A DNA stretch of 63,401 bases, the filler included, from Globobulimina sp. (taxonomy: Eukaryota): assembly GCA_003354225.1 (NCBI GenBank). It is 49 parts of 49 records of this genome, joined end to end, with 100 filler letters (N's around TTAATTAATTAA, not from the genome) between each part and the next. Parts side by side here need not be neighbours in the genome. Positions count along the whole stretch, not along the records: positions 11,674 to 12,870 come from PIVH01021189.1; positions 12,971 to 14,167 come from PIVH01021190.1; positions 14,268 to 15,463 come from PIVH01021191.1; positions 15,564 to 16,759 come from PIVH01021192.1; positions 16,860 to 18,055 come from PIVH01021193.1; positions 18,156 to 19,351 come from PIVH01021194.1; positions 19,452 to 20,647 come from PIVH01021195.1; positions 20,748 to 21,943 come from PIVH01021196.1; 41 more parts are not named here. One strand, given 5' to 3'. The notes beneath the pieces are model-generated. The model had not been told where the DNA came from. It saw only the letters and a list, made by a program, of their open reading frames with translations, and did not search any database. This document shows, piece after piece, positions 11,898 through 23,874 of the stretch. Made by a program: the position numbers and the translations under genes. Within the stretch, counting starts at the first letter, position 1. Each line of letters opens with the position of its first letter.

Positions 11898-12484
11898 AAC
11901 GGTGCATTTTGTCCGTATGGAGTGTTATATTTCCCTCGGTATCCAATAATCCCAATCGCTGCATCTTTGGATATTTGGATATTGCAAGTCACTCTGTCTT
12001 CATTTGATTTGGAACAATGAAATAGTGAGATCCAGTCATGATTTTTAGACCATGATGGTATTGCTTGCTGTTCTATTTCCTTTGCTGTCACTTGATTAAA
12101 TTGCACTATTTGAACCGATTGGTCTTCCTTTGTTTTTGCATCATCCACTTTCAAACCAGTAATAAGCATATCACATGGCGCAAAAAATCCAAATCCACAT
12201 ACATCACCTCGCGATAATGTAATTTTTTCAGTGGGAATAACATCCAATTCCAGTTTAATGTCCTTGCAATATTCAACGATAATTTCTGCAAATTCCTTCA
12301 ATAACGGGGTGTAATCAATCAACGTTTCCACCATTTTCTGCCATCGATTCAATTTTACACTTCTCTCAATATGCAACTCTTCGAATCTATTCCCCGCTGT
12401 CATGGATGATAGACCACTGCCATAGGAATGACTGCGTCCGACACGAAAGCCATTCTCGTCATTTCCCTTCAAAGATTTTGCCAT
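11880..12484 (-). CDS. Hypothetical eukaryotic protein with beta-sandwich-like domain, truncated by chimeric junction
   Basis: ATG ORF; GFGFFAPCDMLITGLKV..QSVQIVQF..CNIQISKDAAIGIIGYR. Confidence 0.55.
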
Positions 12485-12970
12485 GATCGTTTTCTATTTT
12501 CACAGATGAAAAATTCCAAAAAACTCGAGTGCCTTCGTTTTAGTTTTGTTGTTCGTTTAAAAATTTGTTTAAATTATCGGACTTTTAACTGTCTCGCCAA
12601 CCAAAAGATTTATGTTTTAATTTGATCAATATAATGATAGTAAAAAAATCACAAATATTAAAATTATTAATAAAGAGTCATGCAACACGAGAAGAAAAGA
12701 AGTCAATATACAAACAGAAAAAAATATATATGTCATGATATTAAAAATATTAAAGGCGTTGTCCCAACTTGTAGAATTTGAAAGGTAGTTTCGCAGTTGT
12801 CCCAACATGCACACCGTCAGATTTGAAAGAAAGAGTGGATATTGTTATCCACAGTCTACAAGTTGCCATGNNNNNNNNNNNNNNNNNNNNNNNNNNNNNN
12901 NNNNNNNNNNNNNNTTAATTAATTAANNNNNNNNNNNNNNNNNNNNNNNNNNNNNNNNNNNNNNNNNNNN

Positions 12971-13471
12971 ATTGGTCATGCCATCAAGGACGAATGTGCT
13001 GATTTTATTTATTCCAAAACAGTGTATGCTTTGAATCAAGAATTTTTATTACAAATTGGGAAAGTTGCAACGCAAAATCTGCATAATGACAATGTTCAGA
13101 TTCAGCTTAAGAAAGACTGCCATTCGCATGCACTATGCAACAGACACACTCAGGACGATTTTGTTGGTTTTTGTTTGACTGACTTAGGAGTAAATATCCA
13201 GCCAATAAGAGACGAACAGAATCGTGAATACTTTTTAATTTATAACATACGCGATCATTATGTTAAAATGAATGAATGGAAAGAAGATTGGTATTGGTAT
13301 GGTAAAAGTAAAAAAAGTGTTGCAAAGAATTGTTGTGCTGATTATCCGGTGGTGTTTTCAAATTATGCGGCTGATAGACTTGGCATAGCGTATAGTAAGA
13401 TATATTCTGTTACGCCTGCTGAACGGAATATGAAATTTTTGTCAAGTGTTAATTTTTTTGATAGTAAATGA
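12971..13471 (+). CDS. Hypothetical protein C-terminal fragment
   Basis: Open frame with protein-like composition. Confidence 0.4.
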   Translation: MGHAIKDECADFIYSKTVYALNQEFLLQIGKVATQNLHNDNVQIQLKKDCHSHALCNRHTQDDFVGFCLTDLGVNIQPIRDEQNREYFLIYNIRDHYVKMNEWKEDWYWYGKSKKSVAKNCCADYPVVFSNYAADRLGIAYSKIYSVTPAERNMKFLSSVNFFDSK

Positions 13472-13689
13472 CCTGAAAAACGTAAAGAAAACCGCTACGC
13501 ACTTCAAAACGAAACTATATAGTCCTTGCACTCGATTCAAAGATCATGACCACCAAATTTGTAGCTTGTTGGTTTAATTTTGTGTTATATTTAGGTTTAT
13601 GTTGTGCAGGTTGGAAGTCGGCATATCCACCAACGCTATGCGATTCGTTGGTACCGGTATGTACTATCTTGCGTACTAAATAATAACAC

Positions 13690-14167
13690 AAATAATTATA
13701 TTAAGGAATATTGTTCATACCCATGGCCAAATGATTACTGGTTATTAAAAGACGAAGACGGGAATCCAGATCATTTAGTATTATCTGAAGAAAATTTACC
13801 AATTTCTGTCGACGGTAAAACTATTGATCCAACAGCATGGAATATATTAGATGGATTTTCTCCAATTCCAACAATATTGTCCTTTTGGAAAGATTTAAAC
13901 ATTGAGAACTGTGCGCGGTTATGGAATATATCACAATCAAATGGTATCGAGTCACCGACCATAATATTAAATGCAAAATACAACACTCGAATATCTCACT
14001 GGGTCGAATTGGATCATTCCTCTGATTCTGTAATAGGTCCTGAAGCAAACCGTTCATTGATGATATGGCCTGCTCAGCGATTAAATGACAGTCAATTATA
14101 TATTGTCGCACTGCGAGATTTATATGATAATGCTGGAAATTTAGTTGTTCCATCCCCTGCTTTCAAA
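13690..14167 (+). CDS. Bacterial-type secreted lipase N-terminal (Lipase_bact_N-like) domain fragment
   Basis: CSYPWPNDYW..IDPTAWNILDGFSP..HWVELD..LMIWPAQRL..YIVALR. Confidence 0.6.
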
Positions 14168-14518
14168 NNNNNNNNNNNNNNNNNNNNNNNNNNNNNNNNN
14201 NNNNNNNNNNNTTAATTAATTAANNNNNNNNNNNNNNNNNNNNNNNNNNNNNNNNNNNNNNNNNNNNAGGGATTAGTTTGTTAGTTTTAAAATGTGTCGA
14301 TTGTTAACAGTTTTTTTTCTCACATTTATGTATATGACAAGAAACGCGAAACACGTACGGCAAACCGCTGCGTCTTTGTACCAATGGTGATATGGACAAA
14401 TAGAAACAATACACCGCCAAATGACAAGGGTATACTGTCAGATAGAAGCAATATAAGGTAAACTACATTTGGTATATGACTGAAAATTCTGCCATATATA
14501 AATTACTACCTGCTTTTC

Positions 14519-15463
14519 CTAGGAACTTTGTTCATTTGCAATGCATGAAAAAGAACCATAAGATCCATTTCTCGCATTAATATTGTTGTTCATCAAACTT
14601 TTAATTTGCTTCGTATTTTTCAAACTATTTTTCCATTTTTTGGAATCAATGTATTTCAACATAATACAAACAACAAAGCTCAGACAAGACATTGAAAAAA
14701 ATAAGATCTGAACGTTTGTATAACTTGATTCTTCTGTCAATGACCCAACAAACAATGGCGTGATGGTTAAACCCAAACTGTAGGCAGCACACATTACACC
14801 CACTCCAAATCCGGTCATTTTTTCAGGCAAAACTCTCTCAATGGCTGTAAATAAAATCGATGAGAATATGCTGGATGATAAACTTAGTGATAACAAACCA
14901 TAAAGCACATAAAAATTATAATCTTTATGCCACTCATAACCTTCATTGGTGAGTGTTTGCAGCATAAATATTCCGTGGCCAAACATCAACAGTAACGATG
15001 CAAAAATTAACAACTCACATCTATGGCCAATTTTATCCACTAACATTCCGAGCAATGGACCACAAAATACGGCAAAGCCTTGCGGTACCATTAAAAATCC
15101 ATTTGCCACCATGTTAGAGTAACCATACGTTATCTGCATGAATGATGAGCCGATAGCAATCCACGGATACACACATGCATACATTAAGAAACTAGAGACA
15201 GCCATTAAAACAAAAGAGAATGTAATGCCTTGCAAATGTTGTGACCATGTCCATGCAGTGATTGCAGTCGAGCCCTTAGTATATTGTTGCTGTGCTGGAA
15301 AATGATAATATTCAATATACGCAATAACAGCACTGCAAAGTAAGGAGAATAATGCGATATATTGGGCTACCCAGATGCTACACGATGTGCAGTCATACAT
15401 TGTTTGGATTTGCAGTGTAATGTAATAGCTTGAAACAGACGCCAATCGTTCTAATACTGCAGT
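14519..15463 (-). CDS. MFS transporter (MFSD1-like), 5' partial
   Basis: Multiple TM helices; MFS motif A GMLVDKIGHR. Confidence 0.85.
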   Translation of the reverse strand, partial: TAVLERLASVSSYYITLQIQTMYDCTSCSIWVAQYIALFSLLCSAVIAYIEYYHFPAQQQYTKGSTAITAWTWSQHLQGITFSFVLMAVSSFLMYACVYPWIAIGSSFMQITYGYSNMVANGFLMVPQGFAVFCGPLLGMLVDKIGHRCELLIFASLLLMFGHGIFMLQTLTNEGYEWHKDYNFYVLYGLLSLSLSSSIFSSILFTAIERVLPEKMTGFGVGVMCAAYSLGLTITPLFVGSLTEESSYTNVQILFFSMSCLSFVVCIMLKYIDSKKWKNSLKNTKQIKSLMNNNINARNGSYGSFSCIANEQSS

Positions 15464-15563
15464 NNNNNNNNNNNNNNNNNNNNNNNNNNNNNNNNNNNNN
15501 NNNNNNNTTAATTAATTAANNNNNNNNNNNNNNNNNNNNNNNNNNNNNNNNNNNNNNNNNNNN

Positions 15564-16759
15564 TATTCATTATTTGCTCAGCATTCTTGGGGTAATAAAT
15601 ATTCTGCGGGTCGCAAATATGATCACTGCCGCAAGGAAATAATACATTGTCATACTGAAAGCCGCCTTCACTGAACACATTTCTATCCAAATCCCCTTCA
15701 ATTCCACGCATAAACTGCTCGGTCAAACTAACCCCAAAAGTAACAAAGGTCCTGTTTACATTTGCCGCTTCAAGAATAGTTTCAAATAAATCAAACGATT
15801 GAGTCGGTGCGCGAATATGCACGTTTTTGACCTTACTATCTGGCAAACGCCCTATTAACGGAATATTAATCATCACATCATCCAAACCATTGGGCCATTT
15901 CTCCACCATCCGGTAATCCCCACTGTAGTCGCCATGATCGCTACTCATAAAAAACCCGGTTTGCGTCGCTGTAATATCATCAAACTGCTTCGTCGCGTTC
16001 CATAACACACCAAAATTATAGTCCATGTAACTTATTTTGCCGGCATACGCTGCAGCAATCTCATAGAAAAACGAATCATTAAAAGCTTCCAAGTTATGCC
16101 ACCATGGAATGCCACCAATCTTATCAAAATACTGCGGCTTTCCCGCACCATACGGCGGTCTCAATGGTGCCAAACTTTCAATATCTTCTGGCTTCCACAG
16201 CTTATGATATTCCATCGGAGAGCCATAAGGTGGATGTGCTCCCATTCCCGGCAAGAAAATAATAAACGGCTCTGGCGGTGCATAATCATTACTTTTCATG
16301 AAGTTTGTGGCATATTCCACTGCTTTATAATCACCGTTCGAGCTGGAATTGGGTGCCACATTCGAGCCGGTGTGCAAAAATGAATAATAGCCAGCATCTG
16401 GATACGTAAACGCATTGTTTCCTGTCTGCACACCAACATATTTTAGCCACTCATTCGCTGTCAATGGAAAGGTTTGTTGGGCCAAAGCGTCATTTTTGCC
16501 GAGCCACAGTACATAATATCCACTGTCTTTTAGCCACCGGAGATATGAGGGTTGCCAGTATTGCACCAAGCTCGTTAATGTGCGATAGGCGTTGTTATGG
16601 ACATAGCGGCCGGTCAGCATACAAGCTCTGGAGGGCGAACAGAAAGGATTTTGGGCAATGGCAGTGTCGAAGGCAACGCCTCCATTTTCGACGAAAGCAT
16701 CGATGTTTGGAGTGGTTCGGAGTGGATAGCCGTACGTTGAAATCATGGATGCTCTGATA
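15564..16759 (-). CDS. Cys-type formylglycine sulfatase, partial
   Basis: TPNID..CSPSRACMLTGRY, GK, AHPPY, SSDHGD, EK motifs. Confidence 0.93.
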
Positions 16760-17038
16760 NNNNNNNNNNNNNNNNNNNNNNNNNNNNNNNNNNNNNNNNN
16801 NNNTTAATTAATTAANNNNNNNNNNNNNNNNNNNNNNNNNNNNNNNNNNNNNNNNNNNNTGTAAACACTGCTCATATGAAAAATTGATAATGTATTTACA
16901 ATGTAGTGCGTGTTCTGGAACAAATGTCTTGATTTTGAGTTCCAAGTTCGTAACAACTTGACTGCCATGATTCTTTACGTATTTTTTCAGTAAGTAAGTA
17001 TATGAAAACACTGAATACCACCTTTTAATCCGACCACC

Positions 17039-17158
17039 ACCACTGCAGTCACAACTATTGCATGAGCTAATTTTCATTGTGGTGATCGGACTTCAACTTT
17101 TGGAGTTAATCGCTCACCACAATGAAAATTATAGCTCAATAGTTGTGACTGCAGTGGT
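17039..17158. mobile_element. 120-bp imperfect palindrome (MITE-like hairpin)
   Basis: ACCACTGCAGTCACAACTATTG..TTTCATTGTGGTGA paired with TCACCACAATGAAA..CAATAGTTGTGACTGCAGTGGT; related half copy at 27277-27331. Confidence 0.7.
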
Positions 17159-17640
17159 ACATGTGTATAGTTGTGTTGGGAATCGTATAAACCATCACAA
17201 ACCAAATAAAAAAAAGCAGATAAAAAAAAGAGATCGTTTACTTATATATCAAATCATAATACATTACCCAGTTTTATGGGAAACACCGCTCATATTATAT
17301 TAAAAAATTATAAATGTATTGAAAATATATATTGAGTGTTCTGGAACAAATGTTTTGCCCTTGAGCGAGAATACTATTTTTTCAGTAAGCGAGAATACGA
17401 AAATGCTGCAGCTTTGCAAACATGTCATCATGAAGTTACTAATTTGTATAATTTCTGCAGTATCACTCGCAGAGAATATTACATGCATCTACCAGGTTTA
17501 CACGGTATTTATGAGCATTTTCTCGATTTCACGGTTCCAAATGCATCAGTTTACCGTTGCAATATATGTACCACCTCATCATATAATTCATATGTACCAC
17601 CTATATTTATACCACTGTTGATAATTCATATGAATGGAGA

Positions 17641-18055
17641 ATAGGACCAGATTATCTGGATCCATCCGCCGCAGCTCGATGCCATTTAGGAGAGCAATTC
17701 GATACTAATTACCGCTTTACATTGCCTCCATGCACTGGCATTTGGGATTCGTACACTTCGCCGTTTGGTTGGATGGATGATCCAAACGTTGCAGTCGCTG
17801 TATGTCCAACAGCCTCTCCAACAGTTAATCCAACCTCTGATCCAACAGCAAATCCATCAGTGGACCCATCAGTTACTCCGACATTTAATCCAACATCGAA
17901 TCCCACATTAAATCCATCACATTATCCAACAGCGAACCCATCATTTAATCCAACAGATAATCCAGCAGTGATCACTAAGAAAAATGAAAATGAAGCTCGA
18001 GCTTTCTGGAATGTAATGGTTCCATTGTTGGTCATTTTGGTGTTGATTATCATTG
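17641..18055 (+). CDS. PTxxPT-repeat stalk plus transmembrane helix (surface protein C-terminus)
   Basis: PTASPTVNPTSDPTANPS.. then hydrophobic VMVPLLVILVLIII. Confidence 0.7.
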
Positions 18056-19512
18056 NNNNNNNNNNNNNNNNNNNNNNNNNNNNNNNNNNNNNNNNNNNNT
18101 TAATTAATTAANNNNNNNNNNNNNNNNNNNNNNNNNNNNNNNNNNNNNNNNNNNNGATATTTTAAGTGAAACAAGAAAAAGAAATAAAATAAAATGTTCA
18201 TTATATGTCGTATGGAAGGATTGGAAAGAAGGGAGTGGAGATAGACGAAGTTGGTTATTTTTTGTATATTCATCAATCTCATCATCATTAAATATTAAAT
18301 ATCCAAAAATTAAAATATCAATGCAACAAACAAGTGATTATGTTGGTGATAGGCAAGATTTATTATTTTTTGACTGTGTGTGATTGTTAATTTTGTTATT
18401 TATGCAAAGGACATATGGTTTGTATCTAAATGTGAGTCTTTAATATCGTTAATTATTATCGCATTTTCATGACTCTTGCTCATTTGATGGTTATTCGTGA
18501 TCCTGCTCTTCTTGAATTTTCTGATATGCAATAATGATGAAACCATACATTTTGTTGTATTGTGTTGTGTTATTTGGTCTGTGTGTATGTAAGATGTACG
18601 GTCGAATTTAACATAGAAAACAAACTTGCGTGACTCAACATAGAAAAAGCAAGAGTTGCCATGATCAGTGGTAGGCTCAAGGTGCATCGTTCTTAGTTGA
18701 ATTATTTAGTGAGGGAAAGTATGTTAAATAATACGGTAGTTCAGTTGTACACAAAATGCTTAGAAATTCTTCACTTCAATTATAAACAAACTCCCATATG
18801 CTACATGATACAAATGTCAAATGCTGACAAAACACTAAAATTTTAATACATTTATTGAACACTATGATGAGTATGATCACAATATGTCCATTTGCATTCT
18901 TCATTGCAACAATATCCGATAATCGCATTTGCTTTAGATTGATATTTGAAGAATTCCATGCAGCCATCATTGCATTGTTCGCATTTTTTGTTACCATATG
19001 AATATCCAATGCCTTTCAACACATATCTCCATTTCGTGTACAATTCCCTGCCACACACACATAGCCCACTGACTTTTCTTGGATTCAATAATGGATGGCG
19101 CGGACCACTGACATTTCTGTAGATTGACACATTGTTCAATTTAACCAAATTATCACTGCTTGTTAGAGAGACTCTTGCCAATCGGTACATTATGTGAATT
19201 ACTGAAAACCCTCTGGACAATTCTTGAAACATCGGATTTGAAAAAAAATAAAGAATGAAAAACAAACACTGAGAAAAAAGCAAATTAAACAATTAATTCA
19301 TAACTAAAAACACTATATAAAATATAATAAAATATATATATATTATTGCCANNNNNNNNNNNNNNNNNNNNNNNNNNNNNNNNNNNNNNNNNNNNTTAAT
19401 TAATTAANNNNNNNNNNNNNNNNNNNNNNNNNNNNNNNNNNNNNNNNNNNNCTTATTAATAAAGGTAATGGGCAGAATCTCTAAATTTTGGTCGCGCCGG
19501 TCGACAACCCGC

Positions 19513-19541
19513 TTGACATATCACGCAATGCGTAATACTTT
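19513..19541 (+). promoter_or_regulatory. Sigma70 promoter of higBA with overlapping palindromic operator
   Basis: TTGACA (19513-18), 17 bp, TACTTT (19536-41); near-palindrome TATCACGCAATGCGTAATA at 19519-19537. Confidence 0.75.
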
Positions 19542-19547
19542 ATACAT

Positions 19548-19826
19548 ATGATTAAAACGTTTAACTGCCGGGAAACCGAAAAATTATTCAAAGATCAACG
19601 GGTACGCCGTTTTCAATCTTTTGAAAGACAGGCAAGAAGGCGGTTAATGGTTTTACATGCAGCCCCAAACCTTGAGGCGCTATCATTGAACCCTGGCAAT
19701 AAATTTCATGCGCTGACAGGAGACAGAAAGGGGCAATATGCCATTAGAATCAATCAACAGTGGCGCGTTTGCTTCAAATGGATTGATGGGAACGCTCATG
19801 AAGTTGAAATTAAAGATTACCATTAA
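19548..19826 (+). CDS. higB: HigB (RelE/ParE family) toxin
   Basis: MIKTF..ETEKLF..PGNKFHALTGDRKGQYAIRINQQWRVCFKW..VEIKDYH. Confidence 0.95.
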   Translation: MIKTFNCRETEKLFKDQRVRRFQSFERQARRRLMVLHAAPNLEALSLNPGNKFHALTGDRKGQYAIRINQQWRVCFKWIDGNAHEVEIKDYH

Positions 19827-19835
19827 GGTGACATT

Positions 19836-20156
19836 ATGAATAAAAAAGACGATCTCGACCCGATTACACCAGGAGAAATATTACAGGGAGACTTTATGGA
19901 AACCCTGAATATCAGCATCAACCGACTTGCGCGGGATCTCGTTGTACCTCCAAACAGGATAAGTGAAATTGTTAACGGAAAAAGGGGTATTACCGCAGAT
20001 ACAGCGCTTAGGTTAGAGCGGTATTTCGGCATTGAGGCTCAGTTTTGGTTAAATTTACAATCAGAATACGATTTACGGATAACAAAAAGAAAAATATGGA
20101 CGGACATTCAAAGGCGCGTTCTTCCTTCTGATACTTTAAAGGCTGTTGGGCAATAG
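19836..20156 (+). CDS. higA: HigA HTH antitoxin
   Basis: PGEILQGDF..ISEIVNGKRGITADTALRL..FWLNLQSEYDL; RBS AAGGTG; 9 bp downstream of the toxin. Confidence 0.95.
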   Translation: MNKKDDLDPITPGEILQGDFMETLNISINRLARDLVVPPNRISEIVNGKRGITADTALRLERYFGIEAQFWLNLQSEYDLRITKRKIWTDIQRRVLPSDTLKAVGQ

Positions 20157-20327
20157 ACCCAATGGGAATATAGGGCAGCTTGTGGAGCTTTTACCATAGC
20201 GGATAAAAAAATAGATATTGGGTGCAATTAAACATTTAGGGTAAATTCACTGAAGATTGTCTTTTACAAGGTACAAGTTTTTAAGTTGACACACTGCAAT
20301 CGTTTTTATCACGCAGTGCTCGGAACG

Positions 20328-20647
20328 TTAATGCTGTGGCGCGGGTTTCTCGTCGTCAACAACATTTGGCTCGAGTGTCTCCATGTTTCTGAATAATGAT
20401 TCCAGCTCTTTTGCAATCCCTTCTTCGACTGTGCGATTCCGTTCCCCCTTGCTGAAGTCAAAGGCCATGCATGTAAAGACCGTGACCAGTGCGACGGTTT
20501 GAGTTGGTCCACTCGGCGTGAATACAACCTCGGCATTGTCGAACATCTTTGTGCTCTCCCTGTTGTATCCCCGATTCATGGTTAAGTGACATTCCGTTGT
20601 GGGTTTATCGATGATGGTGACTTTGCGGTTCCACCAGTCAGGAAACC
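20328..20647 (-). CDS. Hypothetical protein C-terminal fragment, higher GC, origin unknown
   Basis: Frame open from the contig end (FPDWWNRKVTII..MNRGY..). Confidence 0.45.
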
Positions 20648-20747
20648 NNNNNNNNNNNNNNNNNNNNNNNNNNNNNNNNNNNNNNNNNNNNTTAATTAAT
20701 TAANNNNNNNNNNNNNNNNNNNNNNNNNNNNNNNNNNNNNNNNNNNN

Positions 20748-21943
20748 GATTTACGTGGACCTGAGCAAGAATGGATGGTATTTACCTCTCAATTAATAAA
20801 ATTACGTTTGCCGTTAACGGAACATTCAACTTTAAAGTTTGATTATTTATTAACATTTGTCACTAAAAATGCAAAATATTTGAGTAATATCGCTGTCTCC
20901 GTGCATGCCATGTCGTGGTTAGATATTATAAACGAAAACGAAACCTTTGTTAAAGAACTATTTGAACATTTCAGTGATGATACGAAGTTTTCAAACCATA
21001 TCAAATTATTTCAAAACCCAGATCCCGAGCATCAGCAAAGTTTATTAAATCTGCACAATATTCGCAAGCAATTAGTCAAAGATATTGGCAATAAAATGAA
21101 AGGAAAGAACATGTTCCAAGCCAGAGATTATTTAATTAGACACATATCGGTCAACGTAAAGGATAAAACCATCAAAGCGATGGAAGCGTTGATTGAGACT
21201 TGGATTGACATTAAAGGCGATGTAAATGCATTGGCATCGTTGCAATTCAATCGCGACCGGTCCTATTTAAAGCGACTAAATGCATTTAAATTTAAGAAAA
21301 CGGAGTTATTCATTCAATTGAAACCAAGAGATGAACATGATATAATTTATGGGGATCAGGACAAAAAAGATGAGGGCAATGATGAGAAACAACATGTGCG
21401 TCATTCCAAAATCGATGATATTCACAAAGATATTATGACTGTGGAGGATTTTGAGTCGTTGCATGATCGCTTATTAATATATACCAGCTCTACGTATGCC
21501 AACTCCATACCACATTTAATCAAAAAAGCGTTAAAAGAGTGGAACAATGAAGAAGTGATTCAGTTCTTTGAGAATGAGTTGAATTCATTAGCGCGGAGCA
21601 TTATTGATGGCAAGGAATGCGAGGTCATATTAACCATATTACGCGATCGGGGCATTACGGGGGCGCAGCTATTCCAAAGTAGTTTGGGGTTCAATCAGTT
21701 TTCGAATTTGTTGATCCCGGATAAAGACGATGTGTTTCTATTGTTTAATAATGACGAACCGAGGAAGGATGTGGTGTTGATGGAGCTGTTGAAAATCATA
21801 CAGATACACTCTATGAAGACAAAAGTCAATGATATTGTGCCTAAATTTGACATTGCGAAACAAATACAGAAGTTACGCCGGATGTACTTTGACCAAGGCG
21901 GGAAAGACCATAATTCGAAATTTAATGTGATTGAAATATTTAA
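20748..21943 (+). CDS. Large hypothetical protein internal fragment
   Basis: About 390-codon open frame; no motif recognised. Confidence 0.6.
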
Positions 21944-22043
21944 NNNNNNNNNNNNNNNNNNNNNNNNNNNNNNNNNNNNNNNNNNNNTTAATTAATTAAN
22001 NNNNNNNNNNNNNNNNNNNNNNNNNNNNNNNNNNNNNNNNNNN

Positions 22044-23239
22044 GCTCTGCGCCCTCTGCTGAAATGCCTCCGGTGTGGCAAAGTTGCACACCAAACTGGT
22101 TTACGTTTGTGACTATGGATGAATACAATGAAGTGGACAATGCCACGTATGGAGTATACTGGAATGTGCCTACTGCGGTGGGACAAGATAGTGGCCGGGT
22201 TTCGGTGGAGGTTATCATGGAATTAACGAGTCGAGAGGTAAAACGCCAGGGTTCCGTTATGAGTCAAGGGGACACTGTGGATGTGGGTATTTATTCAATT
22301 TTGTACCGTGCCACAAACATTTATAATCCGGATGGCAATGTCAGTGCAGCATTGCGCAGTGATTGTGAGGTGAAATTATATGTAATTGGCGATACAGCGT
22401 TTGGTACAAATGGCTATTGCTACGATGGTAAGTTCGCAGTGGATATTATATTTAATGACAGCTACTATGAGCTGAAGGATATTGACTCGAATGAAGCTTC
22501 AATGGAATATGATGCAGATTTGGCAGTATCCATTGAAGGAGAAGCAACCAGCGATGAGCTACGAGAGTTGCATGAAAATTGTTATATTTACGCAGCACAG
22601 TTATTGAATGCAACAGAGTCGATGCCGCAAGAAAATGACGCGAGAATATTCCTGGGAATCGAAGCAAATGCGATTGTTTGGGACGTATTGATATTTTTCC
22701 TCTTTCTGTGTTTATTGTTATTATGTTGTTATCGAATCAATCTCTATTATAAGAAATATAAAGCAAACAAACAAGAGCCTGAATCCAAGCAAGCTTTATT
22801 AGCAAACGAATCGGTAAAGGTCAAATCGTCAGAATCTATGGAGGACGATGACTTAATGCTTGGTGGCGTCAATCCTGTGACCAAAGTAGGGCGCCAACCA
22901 GGCGCACTGTCACCAGATGGCGATATTTCTGATGAGGAGTTCATTGATGAAGAGGAGGAGGAAGATGTGCCGCCAATTGTTAGTTCTAAATTGTCGGGGC
23001 ATGAAACAAAAGGGAATGATAAGGCTATCGATGCATTGATTGGCGATGCTTTCGAGGATGAGAGTGAGAGTGCAGACGGAGGCTTTGTTACTCGTGGAGG
23101 TGATGTTGAAATGGAACCGATTGGAAATCAACAAACTTTTGATGGAGGGGAGCTTCCAGCTGAACAACGAGTGCCTTTGCCACCTTTGCCGCCATTACCT
23201 CCGCAGCCGCCATCGCAAGCATTCCAACAGTTTGATGAT
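22044..23239 (+). CDS. Single-pass membrane protein with HYR-like domain and acidic/Pro-rich tail
   Basis: VYWNVPTA..DSG..VGIYSILYRATN..C.VKLYV; TM helix VLIFFLFLCLLLLCC. Confidence 0.7.
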
Positions 23240-23397
23240 NNNNNNNNNNNNNNNNNNNNNNNNNNNNNNNNNNNNNNNNNNNNTTAATTAATTAANNNNN
23301 NNNNNNNNNNNNNNNNNNNNNNNNNNNNNNNNNNNNNNNTTTTATTTCACGAAAAAATATTTTTTTTACGAAAAGCAAATTTCACGAAAAGCAAAAG

Positions 23398-23655
23398 TCA
23401 CGAAAAGATCTTTTCGTGACTATCCAGTTTGCAAAATCTCAGTAGTTGTTGCCATAGTAACATACATACTGAACAAAATGCGGTTGGATGTAAATTGATA
23501 AATGTGCATTGAGTGCATTGCCAGTTTGGAATATATTCAATGGCATCGTTGATATTATCAATACCTATAATGTTTGCTTCTGAATTGAGAAATATCTCTC
23601 TATCTTCACATCCATTTTGTTGTTGTGTGTTTATATCTCTTTTCGCCAACGCCAT
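23398..23655 (-). CDS. RanBP2-type zinc finger fragment
   Basis: WQCTQCTFIN..FCSVC. Confidence 0.55.
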   Translation of the reverse strand: MALAKRDINTQQQNGCEDREIFLNSEANIIGIDNINDAIEYIPNWQCTQCTFINLHPTAFCSVCMLLWQQLLRFCKLDSHEKIFS

Positions 23656-23874
23656 CTTTTCGCCATCTTTACGCCATCTTTTCTTTGCTTTTTTTCGCCA
23701 ACGGCGCCATCTGCACTAATGTTGGTTTTTGTAGTGTTTATCAATGATGGTACTTCTCCATTTGTTTTTTGATGAATTCCCCAAGAGACGAAGTTCCATG
23801 TATTGACGCTGAAATTAAAAACCTTTAAACTTTGAGACGAGGAGAATATATAAAAAACAAATGAAATATATTTA

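Noticed and set aside
18852..19292. Cys-rich ORF as a zinc-finger gene
   Set aside because: No recognisable family spacing and a doubtful start
19452..21943. Defence island or operon around higBA
   Set aside because: Neighbours lie across linkers or a compositional break; no real context
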